Shown here in pieces: positions 9,250 to 17,481 of a stretch of 64,000 bases of DNA (the stretch's first letter is position 1; the number at the start of each line of letters is the position of its first letter). The notes beneath the pieces were generated by a model. That model worked only from the letters and a program-made list of their open reading frames with translations. It was not told where the DNA came from and made no database searches. The stretch is from Promethearchaeota archaeon (GTDB taxonomy: Archaea > Asgardarchaeota > Lokiarchaeia > Sigyniarchaeales > SOKP01): contig JAHPZJ010000015.1 of the NCBI GenBank assembly GCA_019058245.1, forward strand, positions 1 through 64,000, given 5' to 3'. A program made the position numbers and the translations under genes.

Positions 9250-11142
9250 TTGAAAAACAACAATGAAATAATTCTGCTTAAATTAGGTGGAAGTTTATTA
9301 ACTGACAAGAATAGACCATTTTCCCTAAGGGAAGAAATTTTAGAAAAATGTGTTAATCAAATAATAGATAGTAAAAAATCAATTATATTAATTCACGGTG
9401 GTGGTTCATTTGGTCATCCTCTTGCTAAAAAATATAAAATATCTCAAGGTTTGAATAATTCTATTGAAGATCAAATCATAGGACTTTCAAAGACGCATGA
9501 TGCTATGAATCAATTGAATTCTATTATCATAAAAAAATTTCTTGAAAAAGAATGTCCCGCAATTTCAATTCAACCTTCAAGTATTTTTATACAAGATTTT
9601 AATGAAATTAGTATTAAATCAATAGAACCTATTGAAAAATTACTTGATCTTGGAGTAATACCAGTCCTTTATGGAGATATTCTTCTCAGTAAAGATTACT
9701 CTTTTTCAATTCTATCTGGAGATTACATTATTTTAAAATTATGCGAGAATATTAAAAATTTTAAGATCTCAAAAGTAATATTTGCAATTGAAGAAGATGG
9801 TATCTTTATTGATGAGAATAGTAATAAAAAATTAGCTTCGAAATTAACACTTAACGATTTATCTACGATAAAATTAGCGAAATTAGATCAAAAAATAGAT
9901 GTTACTGGAGGAATAAAAGGAAAATTAAAAGAAATTGAAAAAATCTTAAAATTAAATATACCTGTTCAAATTATTAACGGTATTAAAAATAAAAATATAT
10001 TCAAAGCTTTAACGAACCAATATATAGAATGTACTAATATTGAAATACCATTAAATAAATCAGATGAAAGTCAAATATACAATAGAAAAATTGAACATAT
10101 TAAGATACCTTTAGAACACAACGTTCAACACACAATTAACTATTTTGATGATATTACGCTGATTCATCATCCACTTCCAGAAATAGAATTAGAGGAAACT
10201 AATATTTCTGTTGAATTCTTTAAAAAACATATATCTGCTCCAATTTGTATTTCAGCAATCACAGGGGGTCACCAAGTATCTAAAGCTATCAATAATATTT
10301 TAGCAAATGCTGCAAAATCGGAAAACATCATACTAGGGATTGGGAGTCAGAGAATAGGTTTAGAAGATCCCTCTACAATTGAATCTTTCAGTATAGTTCG
10401 AGATGTAGCACCAAAAATTCCTATCATAGGGAATTTAGGTATTGGACAGGTATGTGATCCCAATTTTGATATTGATAATTTCAAAAAATGCATTGATATG
10501 ATTAAAGCAGATGTTATGGCTATACACTTTAATGCTTTACATGAACTTGTTCAAAAAGAGGGTAGCATTTCCTATAATAACTTTGAAGAAAGATTTAAAG
10601 AAATAAGAAAAAAACTGAATATACCAATTATTGCTAAAGAAGTTGGGTCAGGATTTAATAAAGAATTAGCTTTAAAGCTTGATTTATTAGGTTTTGATGG
10701 GTTTGATGTTGGTGGAGCAGGTGGTACTAGTTTTGCCGCAATTGAGTCATTACGTGATGACTATAGTAATGAAGTATATACGCGAAAAATTGCGGATACA
10801 TTCAGGGAATGGGGAATCCCAACACCAATTGCAATAATCTATGTAAGACAAGCTACCGAAAAACCCATAATAGCTACAGGGGGATTGCGGTCTGGAGTTG
10901 ATATTGCCAAATCTATCGTTTTAGGGGCGGATATTGGAGGTTTTGCGTTCAAATTCTTAAAATCGGCTTGGCAGGATTATAAAAGTAATTCCATGAATAA
11001 CACGATCAAGGAAATTAAAACTCTAAAGCATGAATTAAGATCTTCGATGTGGTTGATGAATATAGAAAATATTAACAAGCTTAAATGTAATAGTGAGAAA
11101 AGAATCTTAGTTGGGAAATTATATCAATGGCTAAATCAATAA
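9250..11142 (+). CDS. fni: Fusion of isopentenyl phosphate kinase and type 2 isopentenyl-diphosphate isomerase
   Basis: N-half: KLGGSLLTDK, HGGGSFGH, SGD, DVTGGI (IPK). C-half: RKIEHI, AITGG, GSQR, KEVG, GAGGT, ATGGLRSG (IDI-2). Confidence 0.92.
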   Translation: MKNNNEIILLKLGGSLLTDKNRPFSLREEILEKCVNQIIDSKKSIILIHGGGSFGHPLAKKYKISQGLNNSIEDQIIGLSKTHDAMNQLNSIIIKKFLEKECPAISIQPSSIFIQDFNEISIKSIEPIEKLLDLGVIPVLYGDILLSKDYSFSILSGDYIILKLCENIKNFKISKVIFAIEEDGIFIDENSNKKLASKLTLNDLSTIKLAKLDQKIDVTGGIKGKLKEIEKILKLNIPVQIINGIKNKNIFKALTNQYIECTNIEIPLNKSDESQIYNRKIEHIKIPLEHNVQHTINYFDDITLIHHPLPEIELEETNISVEFFKKHISAPICISAITGGHQVSKAINNILANAAKSENIILGIGSQRIGLEDPSTIESFSIVRDVAPKIPIIGNLGIGQVCDPNFDIDNFKKCIDMIKADVMAIHFNALHELVQKEGSISYNNFEERFKEIRKKLNIPIIAKEVGSGFNKELALKLDLLGFDGFDVGGAGGTSFAAIESLRDDYSNEVYTRKIADTFREWGIPTPIAIIYVRQATEKPIIATGGLRSGVDIAKSIVLGADIGGFAFKFLKSAWQDYKSNSMNNTIKEIKTLKHELRSSMWLMNIENINKLKCNSEKRILVGKLYQWLNQ

Positions 11143-11175
11143 ATCTTAAATGTTAAATTTCTACTATGAATAATA

Positions 11176-11571
11176 TTACTTAGAATCTGATGGTTTTTCT
11201 TCTAAAAAATCTTCAATCTCATTTATGAAATCAGAAAAACTACCAATTTTCCTTGTAATGTTTTTTAGTTTTTCACCATAAAGTTTAATGAATTTATCAG
11301 AGAGTTTTTTTAATTCTTTATTTACTTTTTTCTGTTTGAATTTTTTAGAAGAATTTGCTATAAATATCAACTCGTATTGCTTTATAATGGTGAATCTAGA
11401 ATTTTCTAATTCGAAATTTGACATACCGCCTTCAGCTAATTGTTCAGAAAACATGTTTAAAGCGCTCATCATTGCTCCAAAAAGTTGAGGAGATACCGCC
11501 TTATCAAATTCTCTATGAAAAATTGCAATTCCTGATTGCTCAAGAATCCAAATATCCTGAAATATTTTCAT
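11176..11571 (-). CDS. Stand-alone longin-like domain protein
   Basis: IWILEQSGIAIFHREF...LFGAMMSAL...LIFIANS...LSDKFIKLYG pattern typical of Asgard longin/roadblock-like proteins. Start likely ATG 11571. Confidence 0.65.
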   Translation of the reverse strand: MKIFQDIWILEQSGIAIFHREFDKAVSPQLFGAMMSALNMFSEQLAEGGMSNFELENSRFTIIKQYELIFIANSSKKFKQKKVNKELKKLSDKFIKLYGEKLKNITRKIGSFSDFINEIEDFLEEKPSDSK

Positions 11572-11740
11572 TTGAATTCCTCTTTCTCTCACTTTTATGC
11601 AAATTTTTCTAAATTTTAATAAACCGCTTCTATAAAAAATTATAGATCTTTTTATTTATTTTATGAAATAAATTTATTCTTTTTTAGATTTATAGTTTTT
11701 AATTCGTTATTTTTTGTTCTAATAATTTAATTAAAAGAGA

Positions 11741-12289
11741 TCATGAATTGCCCCATCTTTTAATATTGCTCTCAATACCTATCTGATCCAAAATTCTCCC
11801 TATTGTAAACTCAGTAAGTTCTTCTAAATTTTTAGGTTTAATATAATAAGAAGGAATAGGTGGAAAAATTATAACACCCAGTTTTGCTAATTTGAGCATA
11901 TTTTCCAAATGAATTACGCTAAAAGGAGTTTCACGTACTATAAGTATAAGTTTTCTCTGCTCTTTTATCATTACATCAGCAGCTCTTGTAATGAGATTAT
12001 TTGCATAACCATTTGCGATAGCAGAAAGAGTTTTCATTGAACAGGGAATTATTATCATGGAATCAAGTTTATAGGATCCACTCGCGGGAGGTGCTAATAG
12101 ATCATGTACTTCATAATTTTTATCAGCCAGTTTACGTACTTCTGATATATTATGATTAGTCTCAATTGAAACAATCTTTTCAGCATTTTTTGAAATAATT
12201 AATTCCGTTTTAATACCTTTCTTTTTAAGTATTTCAAGAAACCTAATTGCTAAATGAATTCCAGAGGTGCCAGTAACTGCAACTAACAT
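11741..12289 (-). CDS. ubiX: Flavin prenyltransferase UbiX
   Basis: VAVTGTSG, ASGS, PCSMKTL, NLITRAADV and RETP motifs; would supply prFMN to the UbiD enzyme. Confidence 0.93.
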   Translation of the reverse strand: MLVAVTGTSGIHLAIRFLEILKKKGIKTELIISKNAEKIVSIETNHNISEVRKLADKNYEVHDLLAPPASGSYKLDSMIIIPCSMKTLSAIANGYANNLITRAADVMIKEQRKLILIVRETPFSVIHLENMLKLAKLGVIIFPPIPSYYIKPKNLEELTEFTIGRILDQIGIESNIKRWGNS

Positions 12290-12478
12290 TTACCTAATTC
12301 TTGGAGTTTTTGATGAAGAATCAATTTTGATTTTAATAATTCAATTATGATTTCTAGTTCTTATTCTTTTTTAATTTAAAAGATAATAAGAATATTCCTT
12401 CAATTAGAGGTTTTTATTTAATTAGTTTATGATTTGATGTGATAAACATTTTAAGGAATATATTACAGGGATAAACGA

Positions 12479-12865
12479 TTATGTAGTATTAACTTGTTCT
12501 ATGAGATCAAAAATTTCATTAAAGTCATTTAAATCAAAAAGTTTTTTTAAATAACCATCTGCTCTCGTTTCAAGTGTCTTTATAGCAATTTCTGCTTCGG
12601 AAAGTCCTGTAAAATAATAAACCAATACATTTCTATATTTCTTTTTTTTCTTAAGAAATTTGCAAAATTCAAATCCATTTGAATCAGGCAGATAGACATC
12701 TAAAAATATTAATTTTGGTTTTTGTTTGATTAACTCTTCTTTTGCCTGTGAGATACACATAACAGCTTTAGAAGTATACCCTTTTGATTTTATAATTTGT
12801 TTTAATAACTTTATTATAAGCCTACTATCATCTACAATTAAAATATCATAATCTGAAAGAATAAT
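12479..12865 (-). CDS. Stand-alone response regulator receiver domain
   Basis: LIFLDVYLPDSNGFEFC. The frame extends upstream of the tracked ATG through DILIVDDS to ATT codons at 12862/12865. Confidence 0.8.
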   Translation of the reverse strand: MILSDYDILIVDDSRLIIKLLKQIIKSKGYTSKAVMCISQAKEELIKQKPKLIFLDVYLPDSNGFEFCKFLKKKKKYRNVLVYYFTGLSEAEIAIKTLETRADGYLKKLFDLNDFNEIFDLIEQVNTT

Positions 12866-13032
12866 TACCTGCCAACCCCGGATTTTTTACTTTACTAGTT
12901 GAGTTTTTCTAGTAACTATTTGCAAATTTTTAAAAAAAGTAAGATTATTTAAAGGTGGGTTTAAAAAAGAAATTACGTAATACTATCAAGAAATATTAAA
13001 ATCAGAAAAAATGTATTCTATTTTTTTAATAA

Positions 13033-14100
13033 TTAAAATTTTCTCTCAAATACAAAATTTAAAAGGTTTTCAAAGAATTCTAATTCCGATTCATTGATTT
13101 TCTTACTCAAATTATCGAGAGATAACTTTGCTTCATTAAAGTATGAATTTGCTAGGCTTTTACACGAATTAATAACATCAGCTTTAATGAATAAGTCTTT
13201 AATTTCTTGAACATTATCACTTGTCATATCTTTTTTTTCTATTAATTCTACTAGTCTATTCTTCTTAATTTTATCTAATTTATTTAAAGCTTCGATTAAT
13301 AAACATGTCTTTTTACCTTCTCTGATGTCGCCATCTGTTGGTTTTCCAGTTAATTTTTCATCGCCAAATGTTCCTAAGATATCGTCTATTATTTGAAAAA
13401 TGATACCAAGATTAATACCATAAATTGAAAGGTCTTTTAAAGACTTCTCATTAACCTTTGCATAATTTGCACCAATTAAAATCGATTTTTCAATTAAAGC
13501 TCCAGTTTTTAATGATATCATTTTAATATAATCTGATATTGTTAGATTTTTCTGATTAACCATATCTGTTTCAATTAAAACCCCGTTTGCAATCTCAATA
13601 AAAGCTTGCTTATAATAATCGACAGCTTTTAAATTAAGGTCTTTTTCAAACTCATTATAGAGATATGATTCTAATCCTAAGAAGTATGCAGAATCACCGC
13701 CTATAATACCTATTGAATTACCAAAATCAACATCAATCATTCTTTTCAAATTATATTTTTGATGATAATTTCTGAATCTGAAGTGAAAAGCAGGTTTACC
13801 TCTTCTAAAATCATCTTTATCGATTATATCATCATGAATTAGTGAAGCATTATGAAGAAACTCGACCCCTACGCTTGGTAATACAATTTCTCCATTTCGG
13901 TTTTCAGTAAAAGCATTATAAGTAGCTATACATAGCAATGGTCTAATTCTTTTTCCACCCGAAAGGAAATAATCTTTTAATTCAGAATAGTAATCTTTTA
14001 AGAAAGGATTTTCCACACTATTTAATTTCCTCTCATAAATTGATTTTATAGCATTATTAATCTTAGGAATATATTGTTTTGAATACTCAGAAAATTTCAT
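13033..14100 (-). CDS. Trans-prenyltransferase (GGPP/polyprenyl diphosphate synthase)
   Basis: GGKRIRP, first DDxxD (HDDIIDKDDFRRG), KTGAL, FQIIDDILG and DIREGKKT motifs. Start likely ATG 14100. Confidence 0.92.
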   Translation of the reverse strand: MKFSEYSKQYIPKINNAIKSIYERKLNSVENPFLKDYYSELKDYFLSGGKRIRPLLCIATYNAFTENRNGEIVLPSVGVEFLHNASLIHDDIIDKDDFRRGKPAFHFRFRNYHQKYNLKRMIDVDFGNSIGIIGGDSAYFLGLESYLYNEFEKDLNLKAVDYYKQAFIEIANGVLIETDMVNQKNLTISDYIKMISLKTGALIEKSILIGANYAKVNEKSLKDLSIYGINLGIIFQIIDDILGTFGDEKLTGKPTDGDIREGKKTCLLIEALNKLDKIKKNRLVELIEKKDMTSDNVQEIKDLFIKADVINSCKSLANSYFNEAKLSLDNLSKKINESELEFFENLLNFVFERKF

Positions 14101-14517
14101 AATATTACACATTCTCACTAAATTATGATATTTTATAATAGGTAAGTTATCTATTTTATTAAAATAATTAATGATTATCAAAAAATTATAATATTCCTTA
14201 TTTTCCTAATAAATAAAGCTGAAAATTTTATTTGCCTAGACTAAAATCAGTAAACCTATTTGATAAACTACTCACTTCATCCCTGAATACGATATTCTTT
14301 TGAAAAGATTCCATTTCCTGTAAGATATTATTTGATATTTAAATTGTTTATCAATATTTAAAGACTTAGTTTTACATTTTTATGGATTTTATAAAAGAAA
14401 GGATAAAACAAGACAAATAAATTTTAAGAATAATTTTTTAACTAAATTTTTAATTATAGAGTAAATAGATAAAAAAGTACTTTAAAAGAATTTTATTAAA
14501 AAAAATTATATAAAAAT

Positions 14518-16185
14518 TTGAAAAAAATCAGAAAAAAATTAGGATTATTAATAGCTCTCTCAATTAGTATAATAGGCTTATTTCCTCTTTTAATTTTAAC
14601 ATTTAATCCTGATTTAAATCAATCATGCAATATTGAAACTTTATCACTTAAATCTGAAGATGGAACCCATATTAGTGCTTTTAAATATACACCTAAAGGA
14701 GAAAAAAGGCACGGCGGAATAGTAGTTGCTCATTCCTTATTAGGAAATAAAGTCCATATGAACGCTTTAAGTATAGAACTTGCGAAAAATGGTTTTACAG
14801 TTATTAATATAGATTTTAGGGGACACGGAGCTTCTGGTGGTTACTATTTACAAAGTGAATTAATAAATGATATTAAAGCTGCCGTTGAGTACTTAGAATC
14901 TGAAGTACCTTACATTACTGAAATTGGGCTTGTTGGGCATTCGTTAGGTGGCATAATAGCATTAGACTTTGTCCAAGAGTATCCAAATAGAATTAATGCA
15001 ACGGTATCAATTGGATATATCCCTTATAATGCTAAAAACATTTCAAATCTTCTAATAACAATAGGTTCATTTGAACAAGGATTTCCAGAAGAGAATCTTT
15101 ATAGAGTAATAAAGAGTAATTTGGGAATAGAAAATATAAGCATAGGAGTCACATATGGAGACTTTTCTAGCGGAAATGCTACAAAAGTATTCATAGGCTC
15201 ATTTTCAGAGCATTTATTTACTGTCAAAGACGCATCCATTATTTCCCAAATAATTCAATGGTTTGAGGGGGCTTTTAATGTGGAAATGGTTAATAAAATA
15301 TCTGTAACATCAGTAATTTTTGAAATATTTTCATATATTTTTCTATTTGGATTAGTTTCAATTAATTTTATTATAATAGTATATTTTGGCAATTATCTAT
15401 TTGATCGTAAAAACTTTTTTTCTGATAAAGAAGTTGTAAATGAAATAACAGATATATCTCTGAAAAAATTATTAGAATATTATACTTTTCCAATTGCTAT
15501 AATTCAGTTTGTTCTTTTTATTTTTATATGGAGTACTCTAAATGATATTATTCCACTCTCTACGGTTAACGTGACATTTATACTTCTTGGTACTTCAGCA
15601 TTTGGAACCATTTTTATATATTATTTTCTTGTATTTGTAAAGCAAAAAAATCGAGATAATAAGATTTTTTTTTTAAGAATAAGGAAATGGCTCTCATTTA
15701 AAATTGCTCGTTCAATACTATATGGAATTTTTTCAGCTTTATTAATAATATTTACCATATCGATAGTTTGGTATTGGAATGTTCAATATACTTTACCAAT
15801 AGATATAAATATAGCTGTAATAATCATATTAATTTTTACATCATTTCCCTTTTTCCTAATAAGAGAATTTTATTTCAGGAATGTCCAAGAAAAATTAAAA
15901 TATACGAATAAAATTAAAGAATATTTCATAATGGTGGGAATTGGAATTTTCATGGATAATTTGATTTTACTCATAATGAAGTTTGTTAGTTGGATGAATT
16001 TTGTTTATATGCCCTTAGGTGGAGATTATATTCTAGTTTGGATAATAATGTCAATTATTCTTCAGATTATGGTCACATGGATTTATATGTATTCAGGGAG
16101 AAATATTGTAGGTTCCGCAATATTCCTTGCTATCATCTATGCTTGGATATCTCTCATTTTTCTCCCTTCTTATGGTTTCCTATAA
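14518..16185 (+). CDS. Alpha/beta hydrolase with C-terminal multi-pass membrane region
   Basis: N-terminal TM, DFRGHGAS, GHSLGG nucleophile elbow, EHLF, then several TM segments. Confidence 0.8.
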   Translation: MKKIRKKLGLLIALSISIIGLFPLLILTFNPDLNQSCNIETLSLKSEDGTHISAFKYTPKGEKRHGGIVVAHSLLGNKVHMNALSIELAKNGFTVINIDFRGHGASGGYYLQSELINDIKAAVEYLESEVPYITEIGLVGHSLGGIIALDFVQEYPNRINATVSIGYIPYNAKNISNLLITIGSFEQGFPEENLYRVIKSNLGIENISIGVTYGDFSSGNATKVFIGSFSEHLFTVKDASIISQIIQWFEGAFNVEMVNKISVTSVIFEIFSYIFLFGLVSINFIIIVYFGNYLFDRKNFFSDKEVVNEITDISLKKLLEYYTFPIAIIQFVLFIFIWSTLNDIIPLSTVNVTFILLGTSAFGTIFIYYFLVFVKQKNRDNKIFFLRIRKWLSFKIARSILYGIFSALLIIFTISIVWYWNVQYTLPIDINIAVIIILIFTSFPFFLIREFYFRNVQEKLKYTNKIKEYFIMVGIGIFMDNLILLIMKFVSWMNFVYMPLGGDYILVWIIMSIILQIMVTWIYMYSGRNIVGSAIFLAIIYAWISLIFLPSYGFL

Positions 16186-16265
16186 ACTTATTATTTTAAT
16201 TTTACTTCTTGAAATAAAAGGAATGAAAATCTTATAATAAAGATAAAAAAAGTTAGCAAACTATT

Positions 16266-17384
16266 TCAAAGTAATCGTTTCATAACTATTTCAGAACTGC
16301 GATACTTTTCCCATAAAGAAAGAAATCTTTTTAAACTCTCATCATTTTTGAATATTTGGTCACGAGCGATTCTTTTAGCTTTTAGAACGCGGAGAAATCT
16401 CCTATCTAAATTCTTTTCATAAAGTGTTCCGAGTTTATCCAATTTATCCCTTTTCTCGCAATTTTTAATCGTTTCGATTGCTATTTGTCCGCTCATCATT
16501 GCATAAGGAATTCCTTTTCCGCTAATTGGATCTACAATTCCTCCCGCATCACCTACAGCAAATACGTTATTCTCATAAATTTTTGGTCTTAACCCCACTG
16601 GAATGAGATGGGCTTTATAAATATTCAATTTGGAGTCAATTAGAGAATTTTTAACAAAAGGAAGGTTTTCAAATTTTTTAAATTCCGACCTAGAATTCTT
16701 TACCAAATTTATTTGATTTCCCCATCCTACGGTAATTGTTTCTGCCTTTGGAAATAACCATGCATAACCAATAGGAATAAAACTTTCTATTCCAAAAAAT
16801 GCATGAATTGCATCATCACCTAACTTATTTTTAATATTTTCTTTTGAAGTTTTCATTTCTTTAGTAATTGTCAAAACTATATTCTCTTTTGTGAAATATG
16901 GCCACCCAAGTATTTTTAGTGTTGTAGAAGTGGCACCATCGGCTGCAATAATGTATTTAGCAGTATATTTTCCCTTGTTGGTATTAATTCTATAAAATCC
17001 ATTATTCTTTTCAATATGAATTAAAGGTTCATTTTCTTTCAGAGTTACTCCACTGTTTAGTGCCATATCGCTTAGAAATTTATCAAATACATTACGCCAA
17101 ATAGTTATACCTTTACCTTTCTTAGAACCTGTATCACCATCTACATGATGAAGTTCTAGAGACTCAAAACTACGGCTTATTTTATCCTCTGGATAATCTA
17201 TCTCTTCAACTAACTCCCAACCTATAGCTCCTCCGCATGCTTTATATCGACCTTTATCACCAATTACCTCCTTTTCAATAATGCAGGTTTTATAACCATT
17301 TTCAGCAGCTACCCGACCCGCTATAGAACCTCCTGGACCTGCTCCTATAATAAAAACATCAAAATCAAGGTTAGAATCTTCCAT
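16266..17384 (-). CDS. Geranylgeranyl reductase family FAD-dependent oxidoreductase
   Basis: GAGPGG, KACGG, ADGA, GYAWLFPK and VGDAGGIVDPISGKGI motifs. Confidence 0.85.
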   Translation of the reverse strand: MEDSNLDFDVFIIGAGPGGSIAGRVAAENGYKTCIIEKEVIGDKGRYKACGGAIGWELVEEIDYPEDKISRSFESLELHHVDGDTGSKKGKGITIWRNVFDKFLSDMALNSGVTLKENEPLIHIEKNNGFYRINTNKGKYTAKYIIAADGATSTTLKILGWPYFTKENIVLTITKEMKTSKENIKNKLGDDAIHAFFGIESFIPIGYAWLFPKAETITVGWGNQINLVKNSRSEFKKFENLPFVKNSLIDSKLNIYKAHLIPVGLRPKIYENNVFAVGDAGGIVDPISGKGIPYAMMSGQIAIETIKNCEKRDKLDKLGTLYEKNLDRRFLRVLKAKRIARDQIFKNDESLKRFLSLWEKYRSSEIVMKRLL

Positions 17385-17481
17385 AAAAAATCATGCTTTA
17401 AATATTACTATTAAAATTATAAAATTTATAACTCCTTTTAAGACATTTCAAATGTCCAAGAATATTATTATATTTAATAAA

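Noticed and set aside
12287-12325. Upstream in-frame ...KTPRIR* before ubiX, suggesting another interruption
   Set aside because: The putative insert would be only ~9 nt with no BHB, and AGGT + ATG 12289 is a satisfactory start.
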